DNA of 64,000 nucleotides from an uncultured Eubacteriales bacterium (GCA_964585685.1 CAZPEP010000068.1:91686-155685), one strand, 5' to 3'; counted from the first letter of the stretch, positions 37,421 through 46,748 are shown. Made by a program: numbers and translations. Notes: generated by a model from the sequence alone, not told the origin.

Positions 37421-39241
37421 TCAGTTTGTCGCGCTGCCGCGCGTCGGGGAGGGCGCCCAAAGCCTGTTGACGACCCAGATCAGGACCGTGCCGCTCACGA
37501 GGAAGGCCCCGAGGAGGGCGAACGCGTAGTTCCATCGCCCGTAAAGGATATTACCCACCGCGAAGAGGGCCGACCAGATCGTCGCCGTGCCGGCCGCCCA
37601 GCCGACCAGCGCTATCGGGAAGTTGTCGCCGGAGCTGCGGGCCTCGGCCTTGGAGATCCCGGCTTCCTTGCGGATGGGCTCCCAGCCCGGGCCGAAGGGC
37701 CGGACCTTCTTATAGAACCCGATGAGGGCCTTGCGGTCCGTCTGGGGCCCGAGATACGTCGTCAGCACCCAGCAGGCAGTGGTCACGACGATGGTCAGGA
37801 TGAGGGCGTAATGGGTGGGGATGATCACGCCGAACTTCCGAAGGACCAGAATGAGGATGGAGAAGCCGAAGGAGCTGATCATCGCGTTGACTTCGGCCCA
37901 CGCGTTGACCCGCCACCAGAACCACCGGACCAGGTAGAGAAGGCCTGTGCCGGCCCCGACCTGGAGGATGATGTCGAACGTGTCCTTGGCCGTATCCAGG
38001 AGGAAAACCATGCTCGAGGAGCAGAGGAACAGTCCGACTGTGACGAAGCGGGCCGCCCGGACGTAATGTTTCTCGCTCATGTCCTTCTTCAGGAAGCGGC
38101 GGTAGAAGTCATGGACGAGGTAGGAAGCGCCCCAGTTGAGGTGGGTCAGGATGGTCGAGGAGTTGGCGGCGATGAGGCCCCCGACCATAAGCCCGATAAA
38201 GCCGACGGGCATGAATTTGAGCATGGCCGGGAAGGCGATGTCGTGCCCAATGAGGCTTGGATCGAGGTGGGGGTAGGCGGCCTGGATGTCCGAGAGCTGG
38301 GGATAGACGATGAGGGAGCAGAGGCCGACGAGGATCCAGGGCCAGGGGCGGAGGACGTAGTGGGCGATGTTGAAGAAGAGGACCGAGCCGAGCGAATCCT
38401 TCTCGGACTTCGAGGCCAACATCCGCTGGGCGATGTAGCTGCCGCCGCCCGGCTCGGCGCCGGGATACCAGACGGCCCACCATTGGACGGCGATGGGCAT
38501 GATAAAGATAGCCACTGCGATGTCCCAGTTGTTCTTGAAGTCGGGGAGCATGCTGAGGAAGTTGACGCCGTTCGGGCCCGTCTTGGCCGCGAGGGTGGTC
38601 ATGAGGACGTGCATCCCGCCGATGTGCTTGACGGCGAAGTAGGCGGCGGCGATGACGGCCGTCATCTTGATGAAGAACTGGACCATGTCGATGACCAGGA
38701 CCCCCCAGAGGCCGGAGACCGTGGCGAAGACGACGTTGAGACAGCCGACGAAAAGGAGGGTCTGCCACCGGGGCAGGCCGAACAGGACGCCGGCGATCTT
38801 GCAGGCGGCCAGGTTGACCGAAGCCATGATCATGCAGTTGAAGAAGAAGCCCAGGTAGATCGACCGGAAGCCGCGGACGAACGCGGCCGGCTTCCCCGAG
38901 TAACGGATCTCGTAGAATTCGAGGTCCGTCATGACCTCGGAGCGCCGCCACATCCGAGCGTAGAAAAAGACCGTCGCGACCCCCGTCAGGGTAAAGGCCC
39001 ACCAGACCCAGTTCCCCGCGACGCCGTTGCGTCGGACAATGTCGGTCACCAGGTTGGGGGTATCGCTCGAGAAGGTCGTGGCGACCATGGACAGCCCGGC
39101 CAGCCACCAGGGGACGGCCCGGCCGGAGACGAAGAATTCCGTGGTGCTCTTGCCCGCCCGCCTCCCGTAGAACAGGGCGGGGATAAAACAGATCCCAAGC
39201 GAGATGGCGACGATGATCCAGTCGAGGAGATGAAGGTGCAT
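37421..39241 (-). CDS. sodium:solute symporter (SSS) family transporter
   Basis: 13-14 TM segments. The N-terminal region FFVSGRAVPWWLAGLSMVATTFSSDT is typical of SSS. Confidence 0.85.
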   Translation of the reverse strand: MHLHLLDWIIVAISLGICFIPALFYGRRAGKSTTEFFVSGRAVPWWLAGLSMVATTFSSDTPNLVTDIVRRNGVAGNWVWWAFTLTGVATVFFYARMWRRSEVMTDLEFYEIRYSGKPAAFVRGFRSIYLGFFFNCMIMASVNLAACKIAGVLFGLPRWQTLLFVGCLNVVFATVSGLWGVLVIDMVQFFIKMTAVIAAAYFAVKHIGGMHVLMTTLAAKTGPNGVNFLSMLPDFKNNWDIAVAIFIMPIAVQWWAVWYPGAEPGGGSYIAQRMLASKSEKDSLGSVLFFNIAHYVLRPWPWILVGLCSLIVYPQLSDIQAAYPHLDPSLIGHDIAFPAMLKFMPVGFIGLMVGGLIAANSSTILTHLNWGASYLVHDFYRRFLKKDMSEKHYVRAARFVTVGLFLCSSSMVFLLDTAKDTFDIILQVGAGTGLLYLVRWFWWRVNAWAEVNAMISSFGFSILILVLRKFGVIIPTHYALILTIVVTTACWVLTTYLGPQTDRKALIGFYKKVRPFGPGWEPIRKEAGISKAEARSSGDNFPIALVGWAAGTATIWSALFAVGNILYGRWNYAFALLGAFLVSGTVLIWVVNRLWAPSPTRGSATN

Positions 39242-39454
39242 GCCGGCTTCCTTTCAGGTCTGTTCCTGCAGAGTATATCGCCCCCGAAAAAGGCCTGTCA
39301 ATAAAATTCAACAGGGGAAAATTGTCCGCGGGGGAGAGAAGCGGCTTTCGAGCCCCCCGGTTCCGTTCGGCGCCCGTTCAGTTCCTGGCTCCCCCGTCTT
39401 TGTAAGGCCTGATGAACGACGAGCGACCTGCGACGAGGGACCTCTGCCTGCCGA

Positions 39455-39483
39455 TTTACTTCGGCCCCGAGATGCTGTAAAAT
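39455..39483 (+). promoter_or_regulatory. sigma70-type promoter for tRNA-Arg (TTTACT-17-TAAAAT)
   Basis: Spacing and position put the +1 site about 5 nt before the tRNA 5-prime end. Confidence 0.55.
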
Positions 39484-39494
39484 GGCTTGCCTAC

Positions 39495-39571
39495 GTGCCT
39501 GTAGCTCAGCTGGATAGAGCGTTGGACTCCGGATCCAAAGGTCGGAGGTTCGAATCCTCTCAGGCACGCCA
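39495..39571 (+). tRNA. tRNA-Arg (anticodon CCG), CCA encoded
   Basis: Cloverleaf read by hand: acceptor GTGCCTG/CAGGCAC, D-arm GCTC-AGCTGGATA-GAGC, anticodon arm TTGGA-CTCCGGA-TCCAA, T-arm GGAGG-TTCGAAT-CCTCC, discriminator G, then CCA. Confidence 0.85.
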
Positions 39572-40460
39572 CGCTTTCCCCCTCTGTTATAACGATTAAT
39601 CAGCGACTTACGATGAGCCCTGACCCCTCATCGTCTTTCAGTCCGAAACCCTAATTTTGCCGGCGTTTTCAGTCTGTTTTGGCACGCCACCGGCACACGG
39701 CCGGCACTCTGCGAACGAGTAAGAAGTTTCCCCTGCTCCAGTCGTCTATTTAAATGAAATGCTATTGAATGACCCAGTCAGTATATGAGGTGGTAAACGT
39801 CCCGAACTTTTTCAATTCCTCAAGGATGGGCTTAAGTTTTTCATTTGCGGAGTTCCCTAATTCGCTATAACTCCGGTCGGCATTATAGTACCTTTCCCAG
39901 TCCTTTTCTGATTTGATGACAATGACCAACCCAACACCGTTTTTGATATCACCTCTGATGCTCTTTACAAAATATGCCTTCCAGCCGATCCTGTTCTTTT
40001 CGAATTCTGGAATATATTTATTAGTAAAGAACGCAATGAATTGCTCCATAGTCACCCCGGGTTCAAGAGCTATGGTCGCTACGTGAACGCCTATTACGTT
40101 CCCCTTTTGTAAAGTTTGTCCAAAAGGGATGCCCGCTAATAAGATAATGGCTGCCGTAATAAGAAAAACATACCTCATTGAATTTTTCATAACCCTCCTC
40201 CTTGTTGAAGCATTGTAGGGCCTATAGGGCCTCATTTATGCATACTAAGGCGTATTATTTGGGAGAGGATACTCATACCCTGCCTTTTGTCTGGACCGCC
40301 ACCGCTGATTCCAGCCTCGAAAAGAGTATAAGACTTTGTCAACATATTTGCGAGACGGAACACTAGCTTGATCTCGTTATTGAAAATCAGAGCTTAGGAG
40401 AAATCAATTCCTGTCCGAATTTCGCGGACGTCAAACAGCGTCTTCCTCATCGGAGTGGCC
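39572..40460. other. low-GC islet immediately 3-prime of tRNA-Arg (candidate horizontally acquired remnant)
   Basis: A visibly AT-richer composition (roughly 40-45% GC) starts at the tRNA 3-prime end and ends near 40460. It carries one orphan gene with a different RBS style (AAGGAGGAGGG). Confidence 0.55.
39762..40190 (-). CDS. hypothetical exported protein (orphan, low-GC)
   Basis: Strong RBS aaggaggagggtt and ATG (complement 40190). Signal peptide MKNSMRYVFLITAAIILLAGIP. No known domain. Confidence 0.6.
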   Translation of the reverse strand: MKNSMRYVFLITAAIILLAGIPFGQTLQKGNVIGVHVATIALEPGVTMEQFIAFFTNKYIPEFEKNRIGWKAYFVKSIRGDIKNGVGLVIVIKSEKDWERYYNADRSYSELGNSANEKLKPILEELKKFGTFTTSYTDWVIQ

Positions 40461-40535
40461 AGGCTCATTTATAGGTCCCCAAGGTGGGCGGCATGACTCG
40501 AATCGGAAATTAAGGCACCCAACGTACTGAGTCCA

Positions 40536-40691
40536 ACGACCGTGATAGAGCAGGCATCGATCGCGGTGCTGCCCTTCGAGAACCTGAGCGCGGACAAGGA
40601 GAACGAGTACTTCAGCGACGGCCAGGCCGCGTTGCCCGTGAAGTCGCTGTGCCGGCGGGCTGCCTCCTGGACGATGCGGAGGCCGTTCTGA
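40536..40691 (+). pseudogene. 5-prime fragment of a TolB_N-like domain gene (IAVLPFENLS motif), truncated
   Basis: Translates as ..VIEQASIAVLPFENLSADKENEYFSDG, then diverges and stops after 52 codons. No start context. The region is overlapped by unconvincing ORFs on both strands. Confidence 0.4.
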
Positions 40692-41049
40692 ACAGGGCCG
40701 TTGTTCAGGTTGACGAAGTTCCGGTCTTCGGTGAAGGCCTGCTGGACCTCGAACCAGAAGTCCTCGTCGGCCGCGACCACGACGGGAATGAGATCCGTTG
40801 TGTCACGCCCCGCCCCGAGGATCCGTTCGAGAGCGTCACAGGGCGAGCTCGACAGCGCGCTGACGCCGACCGTGCAGCCTCGAAGGGAATCACACCTGTT
40901 CAACGCGTTGCCTCCCAAGGAAAGACAGAAATATAGTTTCTCTTTGTGCCGGCAATATATCGCCGGCCGCACGGCCCCGTCGATAGCCGAGAAAATCGAC
41001 AAAAGGGCCCATGTCATGCTTCGGAACGCGCCTCCGCCGGCGCGGAAGT

Positions 41050-41766
41050 TCACCGCGTCCCGTTCAGGACATCCAGGACCTTGAATAAGTAATCGTATTC
41101 CGGCCGGTCCACGGTGTTCTGGCCGAGGTACTTGAACTGGAGCGTCCCTTCAGCGTCTACGACATAGACGCTCGGAATGTTCTGATCGACCTTGCCGCCG
41201 CCCCATTCCGTCATGAAAAGTCCGAGGCTTTTAGACAGTTCCCTGTCCGCGTCGATGAGAATGGGGAAGGGGGTCGAAACTTCGCCTTTCTTGACGTTCA
41301 GATCGAGAGGGAAGAGCTGGCGGTAGCGTTCCATCGATTTTTTACCCTTCTCGTCGAGCTTGGCGGGGTCGGCGGGGTATTTTCGCTCCTTGACCTTGTC
41401 CAGCTGTTCGGGCAGGACATCGACCCAAGCCTTGACAACGTCCGGACCGTAGGGCAGGACGATGAGGACTTCGACGTTGTATTTCGTTCGGATCTGTTGC
41501 GTTCTCTCGAGCTCGATGAGCTCGGCATACTTGTAGTTGCAGATCGTGCACCAATAGTTCTCGGCGGCGTAGCTCCTGGGGAACATGATCATGACGTTCT
41601 TCCCCTTGAGGGCCGAAAGGGTAACCGTCCCGCCCTGAAAGGCGGGCAGGGTGAAGTCGGGCATGGGCTGTCCAACGGTCACGGGCTTGGTTTCAACTTC
41701 CTGCGCAGCTGCGAGCCCGCAGGCAATAACCAGGACGATAACGGCGAAGAAAGCGGTTCCCTTCAT
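41050..41766 (-). CDS. secreted thioredoxin-fold (redoxin/peroxiredoxin-like) protein
   Basis: Signal peptide present. WCTIC thioredoxin-like motif. Redoxin-type fold. Confidence 0.6.
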   Translation of the reverse strand: MKGTAFFAVIVLVIACGLAAAQEVETKPVTVGQPMPDFTLPAFQGGTVTLSALKGKNVMIMFPRSYAAENYWCTICNYKYAELIELERTQQIRTKYNVEVLIVLPYGPDVVKAWVDVLPEQLDKVKERKYPADPAKLDEKGKKSMERYRQLFPLDLNVKKGEVSTPFPILIDADRELSKSLGLFMTEWGGGKVDQNIPSVYVVDAEGTLQFKYLGQNTVDRPEYDYLFKVLDVLNGTR

Positions 41767-41838
41767 GGTTTCCTCCTTCCCAGGATATCAACCGGGAGGA
41801 TATTCCACCCACGGATCAGCGTCAAGAGAGGGATACAG

Positions 41839-41895
41839 CCCGGGTGGACTCCGTATAATGCGATGGCTTTTTCGCGAAAACCCTGATATAAATGC
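41839..41895. repeat. copy 1 of a conserved ~55 bp intergenic element containing the perfect palindrome TTTTCGCGAAAA
   Basis: CGGGTGGACTCCGTATAATGCGATGGCTTTTTCGCGAAAACCCTGATATAAATGCC. The palindrome is at 41869-41880. It lies about 100 bp upstream of ATG 41993. Confidence 0.7.
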
Positions 41896-41992
41896 CTTCG
41901 ACGAAGGCACCGGCTCTTGGGGTGCCGGGCAACGCGGACGGGTGCCGCGGGCTTCCCGCCGCGAATGAGTCCGCTTTCAGGAGGAGGACAGC

Positions 41993-43141
41993 ATGACATC
42001 CAGTTCTTTACCCACGGCCGCTCTTGAAAAACTTGTCGTCCCCAAGATCAACCACATCGATCTCGTCACCGTCAAGCTGCCGTTCGTCGCGCCGTTCGGG
42101 ACGAGCGTCTATGTCTGGACCGACAAGGAAGCGATGCTCATGCGGCTCGAGTCCGGCGGCGTGATCGCCTGGAGCGAGTGTGTCTCCGACCCTGACCCGT
42201 TCTACTTCTACGAGACGAACGCCACGGCCCGCCACATCATCAAGGGCTTCCTTCTGCCCCTCATCGAGCCGGGGATCGCGCTCGGCGAACTCGAGGCGCG
42301 CTTCCGGCACGTTCGCGGCCACGGGATGGCCAAAGCGACCATCGAGAACGGCCTCCTCAACCTGATCTCGATGCAGCAGGAGATTCCTCTCCACCGGCTC
42401 CTCGGCCGGCCGGCAAAAAAGATCATGTCGGGTCTGAGCATCGGGCTCAAGGAAACGCAGGACGCACTCCTCGCCGCCGTCGAAAAAGCTGTGGCCAGGA
42501 AGTACCACCGCGTCAAGATGAAGATCAAAAAGGGCCAGGACGTCGACTGGGTGGCGGCGGTGCGGGACCGTTTTCCGGAGCTTCGGCTCATGGTCGATGC
42601 CAACGGCGATTATTCGCTCGACGACATCGGTCACCTCAAGCGGCTTGACGCCTTCAACCTGATGATGATCGAACAGCCGCTCGCCTACAACGACATCTAC
42701 CAGCATGCGGCGGTCCAAAAAGAGTTGAAGACGGCGATTTGCCTCGACGAGTCTATCCACAGCCTGGCGGATGCGACCACGGCCATCGCCCTCGGCGCCT
42801 GCCGTATCATCAACGTCAAGCAGGGGAGGGTCGGCGGCCTGATGGAGTCGATGAGGATCGCCCGTACCTGCGCCGACCACGGCATCGATGTCTGGTCGGG
42901 CGGCATGGACGAGACGGGCATCGGCCGGGCCGTCAACATCCACCTCCAGACGGCCGAAGGATTCACCCTGCCCGGCGATACATCGGAAACAAGCAATTAC
43001 TTCGACGAGGACATCGCCGAGCCTTCCGTCTTCCTCGGTTCCGACGGGTTTATCGCCATCCCGGAAGGCCCCGGCATCGGCGTAAAGGTCAGGCCGGAGC
43101 GCATTCTGAAACGGGCCGTCCGCATGGAACGCCTGGTCTGA
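41993..43141 (+). CDS. enolase-superfamily enzyme, o-succinylbenzoate synthase / N-acylamino-acid racemase subgroup
   Basis: Catalytic KxK (VKMKIKKG). Metal ligands in MVDANGD, MIEQP and CLDES. Second catalytic Lys in INVKQGRVGG. Confidence 0.8.
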   Translation: MTSSSLPTAALEKLVVPKINHIDLVTVKLPFVAPFGTSVYVWTDKEAMLMRLESGGVIAWSECVSDPDPFYFYETNATARHIIKGFLLPLIEPGIALGELEARFRHVRGHGMAKATIENGLLNLISMQQEIPLHRLLGRPAKKIMSGLSIGLKETQDALLAAVEKAVARKYHRVKMKIKKGQDVDWVAAVRDRFPELRLMVDANGDYSLDDIGHLKRLDAFNLMMIEQPLAYNDIYQHAAVQKELKTAICLDESIHSLADATTAIALGACRIINVKQGRVGGLMESMRIARTCADHGIDVWSGGMDETGIGRAVNIHLQTAEGFTLPGDTSETSNYFDEDIAEPSVFLGSDGFIAIPEGPGIGVKVRPERILKRAVRMERLV

Positions 43142-43168
43142 GGCGACCGCAATAGAGGACGAGCTGGA

Positions 43169-44611
43169 TCATTTTTTCAGCACTTCCCAGTTCATGTCCC
43201 ACTGCCACTGATCGAAATAGATATTGCCGCCGTTCCATTCCACTTCGCCGCGCTGTGAATCCACGGTTTCTGAGCGGAAATGATCCTTCACCGGGGTGAA
43301 CGGCTGGGTGAGCGCATCGTTGAAAATGAGCCTATAGCTGTCCATGCCGCTCAGGTAGAACCATTTGAGCTTTTCGTCGGCGGTCTTGCGCAGGCCGTAG
43401 GTGACATCCATCGGCACCCACCCGTACGGCTCGAAGTAGATCATGCCCCAGTCGTGCATGCTGTCGGTCGGAGGCTTGAATTCCCAGCCGGACTGCCAGC
43501 GCGCCGGAATATCGTTCATCCGGCAGAGCGTGATCAGGATCATGGACTGGATGCCGCAATCGCCATGATGATTTTCGTAAGCGTACGTCGAGAGGTTGGG
43601 GATCGTCGAATACTCCCGGGACGAAGCCCAGGGGATATTCTCCTCGACCCAGGCGAATAGTTTTTGGGCGATACGGTAGGGATTCTTTTCCGTACCGACA
43701 ATGCGTTTCGACAGCTCGCGCAGGGAGTCCGTGAAGACGATATGCGGGTATTCCTGCTCGAGATAGGGTTTCAGGGCGCCTTTGGGATCGACCGGCCTGA
43801 CCCGGTCCGGATCGATATCGACATAGACGCCGGAACTCGAATATTCATACTCCAAGCTGAACCCCGTCGGCTGGCCCTTCACGGCATTCTTTTCAAAATA
43901 GATCATGCGCTGAAGGTCTTTATTGGGCGCGAGCCGGTGTTCGGCCGGATCGGTCTTCATCAGATGGATGTCGGTTTGGCGCTGCGGGATCTCCCGGGGA
44001 TAGGGGATCCAGCAACGGATCAGCTCGCCGGCGGGCGTTACGTCGGGATTCACGGTGATCATATAGCGGATCCGAAGCCGGACCGGCTTTGCATAAGTTT
44101 GCTTCTGCCGGAGGACTTCCTCGCGGATCGTTTTTATGTGTTCGTCGAGGTCCAATGCCCCTTCTGCCGGTGGCTTGGCCAGCTCATCCGCATGCCTTTC
44201 GTTCCAGATGCGACGGCACTCTTTATCGATCCGGAACAGATTGCGGGCGGCGCTGTTGAAATAGCGCTTCTCGCCGTCGATGGTCGTGCATTCAAGGGAG
44301 CGCTCCTTCTCCCAGCGGGCAAGATCCTGGTCGGTAACGGCCGGGATGCTCTTCTTGATGAAATCAAGGACATCCTGCCGGCTCTTCGTGAAGTCCTTTC
44401 GTATCCGTTCCATCCGTTCGATCTCGAATCGCATTTCGTTGCGCAATGGATTGCTGACCGTCTCGTCGTGCGCCAGGCGACTCTGGATTACTTCGCGGGC
44501 TTTGACAAATTCACCGTTGGCAATCAGCGTCCGGTAATCGGCCTGTTGATCAGATGCGCAGCCAATCCAGCAGATGGCAGTTGTCAGAATCAGACTTATG
44601 ATACTTTTCAC
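43169..44611 (-). CDS. transglutaminase-like superfamily lipoprotein
   Basis: Lipoprotein-type signal peptide. Transglutaminase core GDCGIQSMILITLCRMNDIPAR. Confidence 0.75.
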   Translation of the reverse strand: MKSIISLILTTAICWIGCASDQQADYRTLIANGEFVKAREVIQSRLAHDETVSNPLRNEMRFEIERMERIRKDFTKSRQDVLDFIKKSIPAVTDQDLARWEKERSLECTTIDGEKRYFNSAARNLFRIDKECRRIWNERHADELAKPPAEGALDLDEHIKTIREEVLRQKQTYAKPVRLRIRYMITVNPDVTPAGELIRCWIPYPREIPQRQTDIHLMKTDPAEHRLAPNKDLQRMIYFEKNAVKGQPTGFSLEYEYSSSGVYVDIDPDRVRPVDPKGALKPYLEQEYPHIVFTDSLRELSKRIVGTEKNPYRIAQKLFAWVEENIPWASSREYSTIPNLSTYAYENHHGDCGIQSMILITLCRMNDIPARWQSGWEFKPPTDSMHDWGMIYFEPYGWVPMDVTYGLRKTADEKLKWFYLSGMDSYRLIFNDALTQPFTPVKDHFRSETVDSQRGEVEWNGGNIYFDQWQWDMNWEVLKK

Positions 44612-44771
44612 TGATAATCTCCTTTTCCGCGGCGCGAGGAAGGGTTGCTTCCTGCGATGAATATCCCGTCCTGATCATGTGATGATGGGATACTACCGCC
44701 GTCCGTACAACCATGTCAATCACCGCGAGAACCGATGCCCGAAGAGCGTGTCTCGATGAAAAACCCTGCCG

Positions 44772-44828
44772 CCCGGGCGGACCCTAAAAATGCGATGGCT
44801 TTTTAGCGAAAACCCTGCTATACATACC
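44772..44828. repeat. copy 2 of the ~55 bp intergenic element (palindrome degenerate: TTTTAGCGAAAA)
   Basis: CGGGCGGACCCTAAAAATGCGATGGCTTTTTAGCGAAAACCCTGCTATACATACC, about 85% identical to copy 1. It lies about 95 bp upstream of ATG 44920. Confidence 0.7.
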
Positions 44829-44919
44829 ATTGACAATTTTCTTTCGGCAGGGAAAAGCAAGTCCCGAATGATCTACAGTCTGCCGGAAAAAAGATAAGCA
44901 ACCTGGAGAGGAGGAAGAA

Positions 44920-45387
44920 ATGGAATCAAAGAAGAAGCAGATGCTCATGCGGCAGAAAGCCTCTTTTGAACATGAACTGAAGGACCGGCTCTCTTTTCTG
45001 ACGGGGAAAGGGATCAAATCTCCCAAGGCCGACAAAGATACTATCGTTAGGAAAATAAGGGCAGATATCAAGGCTGGGAACAATAGGCTGAGGCTGATTG
45101 CCGACAACGAAAAGAGAACGGAAGAAATGGCGAAGATAAAGGCGGAAAGGGCGGCAGCCCACCGGAAAGAACAAGAAGGCGGCAAAGGCGAGAATCCTAA
45201 GAAAGCCCCCGAAGAGGGCAAAGGAAAGAAGATAAAGGCAGAAAAGAAAGCCGGCCCTTCGAGAGCACCGGAAGGCGGCAAAAGCCGGAAAACGACGGAA
45301 TCCCCCGAAGAAGGCAAGACAACAACGAAAAAGAAAGGTGAAGAAACGAGGGAGAAACCGGCAAGCCAAATGAAGGCAGATAAGTAA
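44920..45387 (+). CDS. Lys/Glu-rich low-complexity protein (histone H1-like tail composition), hypothetical
   Basis: RBS ggagaggagg. The 155 aa product is about 45% K/E/R/G with KKAPEEGKGKK-type repeats. The coding strand is strongly purine-skewed. Local GC is lower than the surroundings. Confidence 0.5.
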   Translation: MESKKKQMLMRQKASFEHELKDRLSFLTGKGIKSPKADKDTIVRKIRADIKAGNNRLRLIADNEKRTEEMAKIKAERAAAHRKEQEGGKGENPKKAPEEGKGKKIKAEKKAGPSRAPEGGKSRKTTESPEEGKTTTKKKGEETREKPASQMKADK

Positions 45388-45463
45388 TTAAATAAATCCG
45401 GCAAATACAGGGTCACTTTCCAGGTCTATGAGGTTGTGACCGGGGACGTGCTTAAGACGAGGA

Positions 45464-46705
45464 TCATTGCCTCCCTCCGATCCTTTGGGCGGCGAGGGCC
45501 GCGGTCGAGAACGCGGCCTGCAGATTGTATCCGCCGGTATCCCCGTCGATGTCCAGGACCTCGCCGACGAAGAAGAGGCGGGGAACGAGCCTGGACTCCA
45601 TCGTCTTCGGCTGGATCTCTGCTAACGATACTCCGCCGCGGGTCACCATTGCCTCTTGAATTCCCCCGAGGCGGCTAACCACGAACGGGCATCCGGTCAG
45701 GAGTTCGATAAGAGCGGAGCGGCATTTTCTGGAGAGATGAGCCCCGGTCAGATCAAATTCAATCCCGGCCAAAGTCAAGAGCTTGTTAACGAACCGTTCC
45801 GGCAGATCATAAGCCTTCAGGACCGTCCTGACCCGCGCATTCCCGGCGGCGGAAATGCGGTTCAGCAGGGTCTCTTTCACTTTCTGATGATCAATGCCCG
45901 GGAGGAAAGATATCCTGAGAGCATCACCCGGACGGATAAACCGGGAAAAATCGAGAATCCCCGGCCCGGATAAGCCGGAATGGGTCAAAAGCAGGTCACC
46001 GGTGCGCTGTCTTGTCTTCTGGCCAACGCGGGCAAGAGAGATGATCACAGCCGCAAAAGAAATTCCGGCCAGGTCAGAGAATGGATAGTCCTGAATGGTC
46101 ACCGCGGCGAGCGCCGGGCTCACTTCCGTCACGCTATGCCCCAGGCTCCGAGCGAAAACATATCCGTCTCCCGTCGAGCCCGTGGCCGGATAGGTGATGC
46201 CTCCGGTCGCCAGAACCAACTGCTCGGCGCGACACGTCCCTTGACCTGTCCGGATCGAAAAACCTTCGTCCCGTACGGAGACTTCCAAGACCGGGTCCCC
46301 ACATCGAATCTCCACATGGCCGGCCGCACATTCTTTGACCAGAATATCCAAAATCCCGGACGCCTTCCGGGACAGGGGAAACACTTTTCCGCCGGGCTCC
46401 GTCATAAGCGGCAGTCCCCGTTCGGTGAAGAACGAAATCAAATCCCGATTTTGGAAATTCATCAGGGCGGGTTTGAGAAACCGGCCGTTGTCTCCATAAT
46501 GGAAAAAAAACGATCCGATGTCTTCTCCGTTGGTGATATTGCACTGCCCCGAACCGGAGAGGAGGAGCTTCCGGCCCGGCAATGGATTTTTTTCAAAGAT
46601 AAGAATTTTTCGCCCGTTTCCCGCCGCCTTCAAGGCGCAGAAGAGTCCGGCCGGCCCGCCACCGATCACGACAAGCGAATACTTTTCCATCTTGATCGAA
46701 ACCAA
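45464..46705 (-). CDS. FAD-dependent oxidoreductase, HI0933/BaiN-like family
   Basis: Rossmann motif VVIGGGPAGLFCALKAA. HI0933-like length and motifs. Start is either 46705 or 46690. Confidence 0.8.
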   Translation of the reverse strand: MVSIKMEKYSLVVIGGGPAGLFCALKAAGNGRKILIFEKNPLPGRKLLLSGSGQCNITNGEDIGSFFFHYGDNGRFLKPALMNFQNRDLISFFTERGLPLMTEPGGKVFPLSRKASGILDILVKECAAGHVEIRCGDPVLEVSVRDEGFSIRTGQGTCRAEQLVLATGGITYPATGSTGDGYVFARSLGHSVTEVSPALAAVTIQDYPFSDLAGISFAAVIISLARVGQKTRQRTGDLLLTHSGLSGPGILDFSRFIRPGDALRISFLPGIDHQKVKETLLNRISAAGNARVRTVLKAYDLPERFVNKLLTLAGIEFDLTGAHLSRKCRSALIELLTGCPFVVSRLGGIQEAMVTRGGVSLAEIQPKTMESRLVPRLFFVGEVLDIDGDTGGYNLQAAFSTAALAAQRIGGRQ

Positions 46706-46748
46706 ATAATACCATGAATGAGGGAATAACTCTTTCCGGTCGGAAATC

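Noticed and set aside
39572-41050. Search for integrase, transposase or att direct repeats flanking the low-GC islet.
   Set aside because: No tyrosine-recombinase or DDE motifs in any frame. No convincing repeat of the tRNA-Arg 3-prime end. The islet is therefore reported only as a compositional remnant, not as a mobile element.
40469-41053. 194 aa minus-strand ORF overlapping the TolB_N-like fragment and abutting the redoxin stop.
   Set aside because: GTG start and no RBS. The composition is ambiguous. The opposite strand carries a recognisable, though truncated, conserved motif. The region is treated as decayed rather than as a confident CDS.
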